Positions 27,177 to 35,114 of a stretch of DNA of 42,567 nucleotides are shown here, piece by piece. Where the stretch lies: positions 1 through 42,567 of IMG/VR virus record IMGVR_UViG_3300025018_000250, one strand, 5' to 3'. A program made the position numbers and the translations under genes. Position 1 is the stretch's first letter; the number at the start of each line of letters is the position of its first letter. The notes beneath the pieces were generated by a model. That model saw nothing but the letters and a program-made list of their open reading frames with translations. It was not told where the DNA came from and ran no database searches. The DNA is from a virus. Lineage: Duplodnaviria > Caudoviricetes.

Positions 27177-27766
27177 TCCCGCTGCTGGTCCCGATCGGGC
27201 TCGCGCTGATCCGTAAGTTGGCGCCGCAGATCGTCGGCATGGTCACCGGTTCCAGCCGCGCCGAGGAGATCGCGACGACTGTGGTGGAGTCTGTCAGCAC
27301 GGCGACCGGCATGACCATCGCCAGCGCCCAAGACGCCGACGCGGCGATGACCGCGTTGGCCGCCGACCCTGCGCTGCTGGCCAAGGTCAAGTCGCAGATG
27401 CTGGAGATCGCCGCCGCCGAGCACGAGGCGGTGATGAAAGACCGCGCCTCCGCGCGCGAGCGGGACGTGGCGGTGCGCGGTCTCGCGCCGAACTGGCGCG
27501 CCAACATCATGCTACTCTCGGTCACGATCGGGCTCGTGGTCTGCGTCGGTCTGGCGTTCGTCTACCCCGACGCGCCGAGCGACGCGCGCAACATCGTGCT
27601 GGTGGTGGTCGGCGCGCTGCTCAAGATGATGGGCGACGCCTTCGCCTTCGAGTTCGGCTCGTCGCGCGGCTCGGCCGACAAGTCCCGCACGATCGAGACC
27701 CTGATGCACGACCAGCGCGACAGCGCGGCCTCGTCGGCGCTGACCGCGTGGAGGGCGGGCCGATGA
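27173..27766 (+). CDS. Putative holin
   Basis: 'DRASARERD' followed by two TM helices and 'FEFGSSRGS..K'; directly upstream of the endolysin. Confidence 0.7.
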   Translation: MIPLLVPIGLALIRKLAPQIVGMVTGSSRAEEIATTVVESVSTATGMTIASAQDADAAMTALAADPALLAKVKSQMLEIAAAEHEAVMKDRASARERDVAVRGLAPNWRANIMLLSVTIGLVVCVGLAFVYPDAPSDARNIVLVVVGALLKMMGDAFAFEFGSSRGSADKSRTIETLMHDQRDSAASSALTAWRAGR

Positions 27767-28473
27767 GCGCCGCCCTGTTCGACGTGCTTCGCCGGCTGGC
27801 CGGAGGGGCGCTGACGCAGACGCAGGTCGACGGGATCAATACGCTCCTCGCCGCGCCCGAGACGCGCGGGTGGGATCGGCGTTGGGTCGCCTACGCGCTG
27901 GCGACCGCGTGGCATGAGACGGGCGGGCGGATGCAGCCGGTGCGCGAGGGCTTCGCCGCGTCCGACGAAGGCGCGATCCGCGCGGTGGCCGACCTGCACC
28001 GGCGCGGCAAGATCAGCCGCAACTACGCCCTGCGGGACCCCGCCACCGGCCAAAGCTATTACGGGCGCGGGCTGGTGCAGCTCACCCACCGCGAGAACTA
28101 TGCGCGCGCAGGTGTCGCCCTGCATCTGCCGCTCGACATGCAGCCGGACCTCGCGCTTGAGCCGGACGTCTCGGCCGCGATCCTGCTGCGCGGCATGGCG
28201 GAGGGCTGGTTCGCCAAGGATTACAACCGCCCGCACACGCTGGGCCGCTATTTCAACGCCGAGATCGACGACCCCGTCGGCGCGCGGCGCATCGTCAACG
28301 GTCAGGACAAGGCGCTGCTGATCGCGGGCTATCACCGGGAGATCGCCGCAGCGCTGCCGCAGGCCGAACCCGCCCCGCCGGCGCCGTCCGACCTGTCCGA
28401 CATTCTCGCCCGGCTGGACGCGCTCGAGCGGTGGCGGGCGCGAATGCTGGAAGCCACGAGGGAGCGCGTGTGA
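27763..28473 (+). CDS. Endolysin, glycoside hydrolase family 19
   Basis: 'AYALATAWHETG..MQPVREG', 'YYGRGLVQLTHRENY', 'ARRIVNG.DKA.LIAGY'. Confidence 0.92.
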   Translation: MSAALFDVLRRLAGGALTQTQVDGINTLLAAPETRGWDRRWVAYALATAWHETGGRMQPVREGFAASDEGAIRAVADLHRRGKISRNYALRDPATGQSYYGRGLVQLTHRENYARAGVALHLPLDMQPDLALEPDVSAAILLRGMAEGWFAKDYNRPHTLGRYFNAEIDDPVGARRIVNGQDKALLIAGYHREIAAALPQAEPAPPAPSDLSDILARLDALERWRARMLEATRERV

Positions 28474-28625
28474 TGGACTGGATCATGGCCTGGGCCCGGG
28501 CGTGGGAGCGCGCGTGGGACGCATGGGGCCGCGCCCCGGCGCACTGGCCGCGCGACATGGCGTCGGGGTTCTCGGAGCCCAGCGAGCCGTGGGACGCCCC
28601 GGCCGACGATGAGCGCGCCCGCTGA
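28473..28625 (+). CDS. Small Trp-rich hypothetical protein
   Basis: MDWIMAWARAWERAWDAW...; TGATG coupling to the endolysin. Confidence 0.5.
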   Translation: MDWIMAWARAWERAWDAWGRAPAHWPRDMASGFSEPSEPWDAPADDERAR

Positions 28626-28869
28626 GAAGCGCCACCGGGGCGTCTTCGCTTCGCGCTGCATCAACCGCTACATCCTGCGCGGCCGCTGGGAGACAGTGTG
28701 CGGCCGCGCGCACCGGGAGCGTTGGATCATTGCCGAATTCATCCTCGACTGCTGCTTCGCGTGGCGGGAGCGCGACCACTGCCGCGCGCTGCACGAGTGG
28801 GAATCCGGGCGCTGCGCCCAAGACCGACTGCGCTGGGCGTCGCCGCGCGCTGGCGGGCTGGGCGGGTAA
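28609..28869 (+). CDS. Hypothetical protein ('ET.C.R...W..DHC' type)
   Basis: 'SRCIN...ETVCGRA...ILD..FAW.ERDHCR' resembles a small conserved phage family often near lysis genes. Confidence 0.6.
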   Translation: MSAPAEKRHRGVFASRCINRYILRGRWETVCGRAHRERWIIAEFILDCCFAWRERDHCRALHEWESGRCAQDRLRWASPRAGGLGG

Positions 28870-28902
28870 TCTGTCCGCGCCGAAAAAAGGGGAGACGCGC
28901 AC

Positions 28903-28998
28903 ATGAAGATCAAGACCACGACGCTGCACGAGGCGCTGACGGCGGCGCAAGCGATGCGCGATCGGGGAGCCGTCACGATGACGGAGCGCCGCGCATGA
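28903..28998 (+). CDS. 31-aa hypothetical peptide
   Basis: Strong RBS AAGGGGAG; ATGA coupling to the next ORF. Confidence 0.4.
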   Translation: MKIKTTTLHEALTAAQAMRDRGAVTMTERRA

Positions 28999-29240
28999 GC
29001 GGACGCCCCTCGGCAGAGCAGCGGCTGATGATGCTGGCCGACGCCGCGGCCCGCGCCCAGCGAGCGCTCTCCCGCCTCGCTGCGGAGCTGAGCTGGACCG
29101 ACCCCGCCGACGGCCCGCGCCCAGACGTCCCCGGCAGCGTCAGCGTCACGGCCGCCGCATGGAACTCCATAGCCGCTGCTCGCAGCGAGGTGGTGGCCCT
29201 GATCGCGCTCGCACGAGACAGCGACGTCGAGGGGCGCTAG
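28995..29240 (+). CDS. Hypothetical protein
   Basis: Coupled ORF MSGRPSAEQRL...; helical. Confidence 0.45.
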   Translation: MSGRPSAEQRLMMLADAAARAQRALSRLAAELSWTDPADGPRPDVPGSVSVTAAAWNSIAAARSEVVALIALARDSDVEGR

Positions 29241-29347
29241 TCGCCCGCACCGCGAGAGACCTTGCGCCGGAGCCCAGCGCGCGCGCGAGCTGCTGGTGCT
29301 CAACTTCGATCCGGTCGCCAGCCAGGGCGTGCTGATCTGAGCGTGGT

Positions 29348-29524
29348 TCAGTGACAGTGCACGCGGCCCACCCGGGTCTCCATATGACAGCATTGCCCTG
29401 GCGGCGAGCTGCGGCGGCAGCCGCCGCCGTGCTCCACCGCCGTTGCGGCGCCGAGGGCTTGGGGCGTCGCGGTTGGCGTCGCCGCCGCCGGCGACAGTGC
29501 CAGCATAAACATGACCACCTTCAT
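29348..29524 (-). CDS. Small secreted Cys/His-rich YHYH-like protein (moron)
   Basis: Signal-like N-terminus then HGGGCRRSSPPGQCCHMETRVGRVHCH; RBS GGAGG. Confidence 0.65.
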   Translation of the reverse strand: MKVVMFMLALSPAAATPTATPQALGAATAVEHGGGCRRSSPPGQCCHMETRVGRVHCH

Positions 29525-29785
29525 CGCGACCTCCGGCTCGCGGACCAGATCGCGGCCCGACAGCAATGATAGCACATGCCAGCCTCGACTGCGCGCGCAT
29601 AGGGCGCAAGGGTCAAGCGGCAAATGCGCGCGGGACGTGGTCACGGTTCTAGTAGGCTGCCGGGATCATTTATCCCGCGAGGCCTGTTATGACCCAGCCG
29701 ATTGCCCTCCGCCGCTCCGCCCCGCAAGGAACGCCGCTCGCTCGGCGCACAGGTGGCGCCGCCGGGGTTCTGAGCGCCACAGCCC

Positions 29786-29970
29786 GGTTTCCACGTCTAG
29801 GCGTATGTCATTGACAAGCAGTCGATGCAAGTTTCTAGGTCATGACCTAAAAAGCGCGTAGAATCAAAGAGAGTGTCGTTCCCCTAGGGGATACCAATCT
29901 ATGCAGAAACCGCTTTAAGGTCAGTTACTTGGCCTCGCTGTTTCCAGAATGGGCCGGGTCGGTTTCCAGA
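29786..29970. mobile_element. attP site: core TTCCCCTAGGGGATACCA (29879-29896, tRNA-Glu-like 3' end) with GTTTCCA arm-type repeats
   Basis: The core resembles the T-arm/acceptor/CCA end of tRNA-Glu; GTTTCCA or GTTTCTA at ~29787, 29831, 29940 and 29962; AT-richer; immediately downstream of int. Confidence 0.75.
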
Positions 29971-31007
29971 TTGCGGTTCCGCCCCGCCGCTTGTGCGCCG
30001 CGTTCCGCAAGCTTCAGAGCCTCGGCCTGCTGCGTGTAGACCCGCGCCTCGGCGCTGGTGCGATGGCCGAGAAGGGCCTGAATGTCGCGGTCACTGGCGC
30101 CGCCCTCTGCCGCGTCGGACGCCAGTGAGTGTCGCAGGCCGTGCAGGGACAGCCCCTCGACGCCTGCCTTCGCGCACGCTCCCCGGAACCACTCACCCAG
30201 CGCCTTGACGCTGCGCGCGCGGCCCTGCGCCGTCTCCAGGTATGTGAAGAGGCCCGGGCGCTCGGCCAGCAGCGCGGCCAGCGCGGCGGCGGCGTCGGGG
30301 TGCAGGGCGCGCTCGACGGTGCGGTCGCCCGTCTTGGACTGCCGCCACGCGATCCGCCCGGCGTTCACGTCGCGGCGGCTGAGGCGGGCGAGGTCAGCCC
30401 GACGCGGCGCGTGGTGGTAGGCCAGCTCGAACGCCGCGCGCTGCTGCGTGCCAAGCGGCCAAGCGGCGCGGAACGCGGCGACCGCCTCGGCCGACCAGCG
30501 GCGGTGAGGCTGGTGGCGGGGCTTGGCCACGCGCACGGCGGCGGCTGGGCTGGCCGAGATCCAGCCCAGCGGCTTTACGGCGTGCGCCAGCGCCGCGCGC
30601 CACGCCTTCAGGCGGTTGGCCGCCATGGCTGGGGTCAGCCCGGCGAGGTCAGCCTCGATGTGGCGGGCGCACAGGCCGGTCACCGGCGCGTCGGCCGCCT
30701 TGCCCGCGGCGATCTTCAGCAGGATGCGGCGGCGCGTCTCGCGCGTCGTGGACGCCAGCGCGGCGAAGGCGGCGCCGTCAAGATAGCGGTCCACCAGCGT
30801 CGCCAGCGCGCGCGGGTGCGTGCGCGGCGCCTTCGTCGGGCGGTCGGCGGCCTCGGCCTCGGCGTAGGCGGCGACGAACTGCGGCGCGTTCTCGGGCAGA
30901 TCGGGCAGCGGCGTCAGCCCGCCGTCGCGGCGGCGGTAGTAGGCGTAGCCACGCCCGGACGCCTTTCGCACCCGCTTGATCCGCATCAGCCGAACGCCCT
31001 GTCGCAC
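29925..31007 (-). CDS. int: Tyrosine integrase
   Basis: R (APRRAD), K (QSKTG), HxxR (LHGLRH), H (LLGH) and Y (RVYT) are all present. Alternative ATG at 30986. Confidence 0.95.
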   Translation of the reverse strand: MRQGVRLMRIKRVRKASGRGYAYYRRRDGGLTPLPDLPENAPQFVAAYAEAEAADRPTKAPRTHPRALATLVDRYLDGAAFAALASTTRETRRRILLKIAAGKAADAPVTGLCARHIEADLAGLTPAMAANRLKAWRAALAHAVKPLGWISASPAAAVRVAKPRHQPHRRWSAEAVAAFRAAWPLGTQQRAAFELAYHHAPRRADLARLSRRDVNAGRIAWRQSKTGDRTVERALHPDAAAALAALLAERPGLFTYLETAQGRARSVKALGEWFRGACAKAGVEGLSLHGLRHSLASDAAEGGASDRDIQALLGHRTSAEARVYTQQAEALKLAERGAQAAGRNRNLETDPAHSGNSEAK

Positions 31008-31237
31008 GCCGCCCTGTCCTCTTCCGCCGCCCGCTCGGCGTCAGTGGGCAGGCTGGCGGCCCACGCGTCAAGGTCCGCGCGCAGCCACAGCGCGCGCGCG
31101 CCGACGCGGCGGGCCGCCGGCGCCGCGCCGCGCGCCGCCATCTCGCGCAGCAGCGTCGCGGAAATCCCGAGATAGGCGGCGGCGTGCTCCGCGCCCAGCA
31201 GGGCGGGCGGATGGGCGAGGGCGGCGGGGCGGGTCAT
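30986..31237 (-). CDS. xis: Excisionase / AlpA-type HTH
   Basis: 'LLGAEHAAAYLGIS.T.L...P...G.RALW.RADLDAW'; directly upstream of int. Confidence 0.85.
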   Translation of the reverse strand: MTRPAALAHPPALLGAEHAAAYLGISATLLREMAARGAAPAARRVGARALWLRADLDAWAASLPTDAERAAEEDRAACDRAFG

Positions 31238-31434
31238 CGCGGTCGCCTGTTCCAGCGTAGAGCGACTTCTTCCGCCGCGCGCGCCATTCGATCCATCCAA
31301 GAAAGCTTCATCCGGTCGAGCCGCTCCCAACGCGGAGTGAGAATCAGCCCGCAGGGCGCGCACCGAAGCGCCGCCCCGATCCACTCCGGCGCGGCGCCGC
31401 AGAAAGGGCATGGCAAAACGTCCGGCGGCATCAT
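31234..31434 (-). CDS. Lar family Zn-finger protein (second copy)
   Basis: 'LPCPFCG...CAPCG...WNRR'. Confidence 0.7.
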   Translation of the reverse strand: MMPPDVLPCPFCGAAPEWIGAALRCAPCGLILTPRWERLDRMKLSWMDRMARAAEEVALRWNRRPR

Positions 31435-31856
31435 CGGTTCGCGATCTCCAGCAGCACGTCGGCGTGGCATGGCGCATCGAGCGGGCACCAGCAGCACAGG
31501 TCGCGACCGCGCAGTGGCTCGATCCAGGTGGCAAAGCCAGAGGGGTTGAGCGCGGCGAAGTGCTCGGCGAGGGCGCGAAACTGTGCGACGGCAGCCTCTG
31601 CGGCGAGCATCCCCAGCGCCGTCTTGTAGCGGGCGGCGGGGATATCGCGGCACTCGCGGTGATTGAGAAAGCGCGCCTCCCAAAGCGCATTGCAGCAGCC
31701 GATGTGGCTGAAGTCCTGCGCCATACTCAAATGGGCGGCCATCCTGTCGACGGGCCACGGGTTGCCCCAGCGGCTAGGTCTGGCGACGACGACCGCGCCC
31801 TCGGGCTTGCGCCAGCCCTTGGCGCGGCTCAGGCGGATACGGGCGGGGCGGGTCAT
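31431..31856 (-). CDS. DUF4326 domain protein
   Basis: 'RI..SR.KGWR.P.GAV.V.RPSRWGNP' ... 'LRGRDLCCWCPLDAPCHADVLLEIAN'. Confidence 0.9.
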   Translation of the reverse strand: MTRPARIRLSRAKGWRKPEGAVVVARPSRWGNPWPVDRMAAHLSMAQDFSHIGCCNALWEARFLNHRECRDIPAARYKTALGMLAAEAAVAQFRALAEHFAALNPSGFATWIEPLRGRDLCCWCPLDAPCHADVLLEIANR

Positions 31857-32764
31857 GCCCTCACACCCGGCATCGCATCATGTATGCGACCGTCGAGCAT
31901 CCGTCTGGCGGCTCGCCTGCCGACCTGAAGAAACTCCACAAGCGAAAATTTGTCGCTATCCCACGGCACCCATGCGCCCCACTGCTTGAAGAAGAAAGGC
32001 ACACCCGCCGCCGCGCACTGGTCGCGCAGGGAGCGCACCCAATCGGCTTCCATCGGGCGCGCACCGGGGCCGCTCTCGCCACCGACGATCAGCCAATGGA
32101 TGCAAGGTTTCCCGCCGACGCGCGGCCCAGGCAACCCGCTCTCTACATTCACCGGCCCCAGCAGCGGCTCTGCGCTGACGAACCGCACCGCCGCCGGGGT
32201 CGCCAGCAGGTGCGGGATGCGCGCGTCGGCGGTCGGCTGGTCCTCGACGGACGTGCCGAGCCAGACGTTGGGGAGGGGGCCGAGATCGCGCGCCAGCCCG
32301 TCGTAAGGCCACATATCTGGCATCCCTAGCACGCAGTCCGTCGCGTTGAACCAGTTCACGCCGACATGCGGATTGGACAGATACGCCTGCATCCGCTCCG
32401 GCCTTTTCGTCAGCACCTGAAACTGGTGCTGCGGCGCCAGCGCCATCACGGCGAACACCCGGTCGATCCATTCGTCTGGCGCGTCCTCGTGGAACAGGTC
32501 GGACATGCTGTTGCAAAAAATGCGCCGGGGCTTGCGCCAGCGCAGCGGCTGGTCAAGCGCGCTTTCGATAAGCGCGACCTTGCCCGTCCAGCGGGGTCCC
32601 TTCGCCGTGCGCTCCGCCAGCCCCGCGTAGGGCTGGCCGGGGCCGCTGAACCGCGCCGCCACGCGCTCGGCGTAGCAGTTGCGGCAGCCCTCCGAGACGC
32701 GCGTGCAGCCGCGCAGCGGGTTCCAAGTCGCGTCGGTCCACTCAATGCCGGTCTTGTCGCTCAT
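31853..32764 (-). CDS. Phage Gp37/Gp68 (DUF5131) family protein
   Basis: 'IEWTDATWNPLRGCTRVSEGCRNCYAE', 'NSMSDLFH', 'QVLTKRPER', 'SAEPLLG', 'GGESGPGARPM', 'FFFKQWG'. Confidence 0.95.
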   Translation of the reverse strand: MSDKTGIEWTDATWNPLRGCTRVSEGCRNCYAERVAARFSGPGQPYAGLAERTAKGPRWTGKVALIESALDQPLRWRKPRRIFCNSMSDLFHEDAPDEWIDRVFAVMALAPQHQFQVLTKRPERMQAYLSNPHVGVNWFNATDCVLGMPDMWPYDGLARDLGPLPNVWLGTSVEDQPTADARIPHLLATPAAVRFVSAEPLLGPVNVESGLPGPRVGGKPCIHWLIVGGESGPGARPMEADWVRSLRDQCAAAGVPFFFKQWGAWVPWDSDKFSLVEFLQVGRRAARRMLDGRIHDAMPGVRA

Positions 32765-32937
32765 TCCCTTGTCTCCCACGCTGCGGCGTTAAAAATACTG
32801 CCGCAGGCGTATCCAGCAGCAAACCCGAATATGCCTGCGATCAGCATGGTCCCGGTGCTGATTGCCAGGAGCAGCACGACAACCCAGTATTTGCGCAATG
32901 GAGTGGTGCAAGCGTCGTCGCGCGCGGCGGGGGTCAT
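32761..32937 (-). CDS. Small membrane protein
   Basis: Long hydrophobic stretch; ATGA overlaps on both sides; lower GC. Confidence 0.55.
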   Translation of the reverse strand: MTPAARDDACTTPLRKYWVVVLLLAISTGTMLIAGIFGFAAGYACGSIFNAAAWETRE

Positions 32938-33569
32938 TGCGCCGTCCCCTTCGAGGCCTGGCGCGCCGCGTGCTCCAGCTCGGCGATCATCATGATCGTC
33001 GGCCTGACCTCGGGGGCGGCCTGGTCGTAGCCGCGCCCGTGGCGGCCGTTGAGGCGCGGCAGCAGGGCGCGCGGGATCGCGACCCAGTTCGCAGGCGCGG
33101 TGTTGAGCCGGTCGCCGTCGAGGCTTTTCAGCGCGTGGCCCTGCGGCACCGGGCCGTGCTCGGCCTCCCATCTGAGAATGTGCACCGCGCGCCAGCGGCG
33201 CTGCAGGGGCATGTCGTCGTTGACCTTGCGCTCGCGGTAGCCGTACCGGCTGAGCCGCTCGGTCCCGATCGGCTGGTAGAGCGCGGCGGCCCTGCCCACG
33301 CGGCGGCCCGGCTTGAACCGCGTCGCTGCGGAGGCGGTGTTGAACGGCATCGTCTTGCCCTTGTTGGCCGGCGTGTGGCCCGCGCCGAAGCGGCCGCTGC
33401 GCCCGGTCGTCCAGCCGCGCCGCTTGCACAGGCCGATGAGCGCGGCCAGCGTCACGCCGCAGCCGAAGGCGGCGTTAAAGGCGGCCAGCATCTTGCGGCG
33501 CGGCAGGGCGGCGCGGGCCTCGACCCACGCCAGCTCCTCGGCGGACCAGCGATGCGGTCGGGCCTTCAT
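32934..33569 (-). CDS. HNH-family (HNH_3-like) protein with N-terminal DNA-binding repeats
   Basis: 'RFGAGHTPANKG','TRFKPG','PIGTER...GY','HIL.WE..HGPVP.G...LDGD..N..P.N'. Confidence 0.8.
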   Translation of the reverse strand: MKARPHRWSAEELAWVEARAALPRRKMLAAFNAAFGCGVTLAALIGLCKRRGWTTGRSGRFGAGHTPANKGKTMPFNTASAATRFKPGRRVGRAAALYQPIGTERLSRYGYRERKVNDDMPLQRRWRAVHILRWEAEHGPVPQGHALKSLDGDRLNTAPANWVAIPRALLPRLNGRHGRGYDQAAPEVRPTIMMIAELEHAARQASKGTAQ

Positions 33570-33823
33570 TGCGCGTCGCCCTTGTCCTGGCCGATCTGCG
33601 GCAGGTGCGGCAGGATCGACGCTCCGTGGACGGCGAACAGCTTGGCCGCGCCCAGCTTGAGTGCGCCGACAGCGACGATCTGGTCGGCGACCGCGACCAC
33701 CGACTGCGCGCGCTTGGCCTCGCGCTCCAGCTGCTCGTCGCTCAGGGTCTCGTCGTTGAGGCGCTCCAGCTGCGCGAACAGGTGGTTGTTGAGGTCGCCC
33801 AGGCGGTTCTTCATCGGTTTCAT
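33566..33823 (-). CDS. Conserved phage protein usually paired with the HNH gene
   Basis: 'MKNRLGDLNNHLFAQLERL.DE...E..RA'. Confidence 0.8.
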   Translation of the reverse strand: MKPMKNRLGDLNNHLFAQLERLNDETLSDEQLEREAKRAQSVVAVADQIVAVGALKLGAAKLFAVHGASILPHLPQIGQDKGDAQ

Positions 33824-34491
33824 CCTTTTCTCACGCGGCAGCCGCCGCACTCGGTCGGCCGCTCCTTGAGCCGGTTGTCGCGCTGGCTCTTGGCGGCGTT
33901 GAAGGCGAGGGTGCAGCGGGCGCACTGCGCCCAGCCGTCCTTCAGGGCCGGCCGCGCGGGGATCGCGACCGGGCGGGGATCGGCCCGCCGCGCCCCAAGC
34001 GTCGCGTCCATCACCGGCGGCGTGCGGGCCTCGGCCGCCTCCTCGCGCCGCCGCTCCTTCTCGGCGCGGGCCCAGGCGGCGCGCAGCCGCATCCAGTTCA
34101 GCCCCAGATCGTCGGCGACCGCCATCAGCTTCTCGCCGCGCTCCAGCCGCGCGAAGGCCGGGCTCTCGGGCGCGTAGGGGTCCGGGTCGGCGGCTGCGGC
34201 TGTCGGCGGGTGCTCGTGACGCAGCGGATGGGGCGTATCGAGCGCGGGCTCCGGCGCTGGCTCCGGCTCGCTGCGGCAGGCTGTCGCCGCCTCCGGCTCC
34301 GCCTCGCCCTCCGCCTCCGGCTCGGCGTCCGGCGCATCCTTCGCCTCGGCCGCATCCTCGATCTCCAGCGCGTTGCGCCAGTCGCAGAACGCGCGCGCCT
34401 CGGCGAGGTCGGCGAAGCGCGCGACCTCCGCGTGGGTGCGGCGGTAGGCGACGGCCGTCCCGGTCGCGTCGCGCATCGTCACGAATGTCAT
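33820..34491 (-). CDS. Hypothetical protein (acidic linker, HTH-like segment, C-terminal CxxC...CxxC)
   Basis: RBS GGAGAGGGAG; 'GEKLMAVADDLGL', 'CARC...CGGC'. Confidence 0.6.
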   Translation of the reverse strand: MTFVTMRDATGTAVAYRRTHAEVARFADLAEARAFCDWRNALEIEDAAEAKDAPDAEPEAEGEAEPEAATACRSEPEPAPEPALDTPHPLRHEHPPTAAAADPDPYAPESPAFARLERGEKLMAVADDLGLNWMRLRAAWARAEKERRREEAAEARTPPVMDATLGARRADPRPVAIPARPALKDGWAQCARCTLAFNAAKSQRDNRLKERPTECGGCRVRKG

Positions 34492-34520
34492 CGTTGGGTC
34501 TCCCTCTCCACAAATGGCCG

Positions 34521-34677
34521 TCACGCCCGCCACCAGATCAGCGCGCCGAACAGGGCGGCGACGGCAAGCGCCAGCATGAACAGGGCGCCAAGCCGCCGCG
34601 ATCCAGCCGGGCGCGGCGTCGGAAGGATCGTCCTGCCGCGCCATGTCTGGGCGCGGGGCGGCGTTTGACGCGGTCAT
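34521..34677 (-). pseudogene. Small membrane-protein gene with an apparent +1 frameshift
   Basis: MTAS...PGWIAA is in one frame and LGALFMLALAVAALFGALIWWRA* in another; the span is 157 nt (3n+1). Confidence 0.45.
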
Positions 34678-35114
34678 GACCTGCCCTCCCCGGCGCCGCA
34701 ATCGCACGCGTAGGCGTTGAGGATGGTGAGCGCGCCGAGGCGGTCGCCGCCGCCCAGCAGGTGGCGGGCCTCTCGGACCGCGCGGCGCAGCTGCGAGGCC
34801 TCCAGCAGCGCGGCTGAGCGGGGCTGGGCCTGCGCCAGCGGCAGCGGCTGGGGCAGCGCGGCGAACGCGGCCTGCGCGCTGGCGATCAGGCGGGTCGCCT
34901 CCGCCGCCTCGTCCTCGTCGCGCAGGGTGACGGTGACGGTGCGGCGCGCGACGTCCACGCGCACCGGGTAGAGCGGCGTCACCGGCAGGGCGACGAAGCC
35001 CGCAGCCGTCACCGCGCCGTCGGGCGGCTGCGGCAGGCGGCGCCGCGGCGCGGGGCGCGCGGTTTCGGGATGCGTGGTTCCGGCCGACGCAGGGAGGTGT
35101 CCGCGGTCGATCAT
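34674..35114 (-). CDS. Hypothetical protein
   Basis: Coupled ORF in the leftward operon. Confidence 0.55.
   Translation of the reverse strand: MIDRGHLPASAGTTHPETARPAPRRRLPQPPDGAVTAAGFVALPVTPLYPVRVDVARRTVTVTLRDEDEAAEATRLIASAQAAFAALPQPLPLAQAQPRSAALLEASQLRRAVREARHLLGGGDRLGALTILNAYACDCGAGEGRS

Noticed and set aside
29588-29601. Additional CI operator upstream of the YHYH-like gene
   Set aside because: One good half-site (CGCATA), but the spacing is one base short and the other half is degenerate.
29879-29896. tRNA gene
   Set aside because: Only the 3' ~18 nt are present, with no D-arm or anticodon arm upstream; interpreted as the attP core.
29914-29928. CtrA box
   Set aside because: TTAA-N6-TTAC does not fit TTAA-N7-TTAA.
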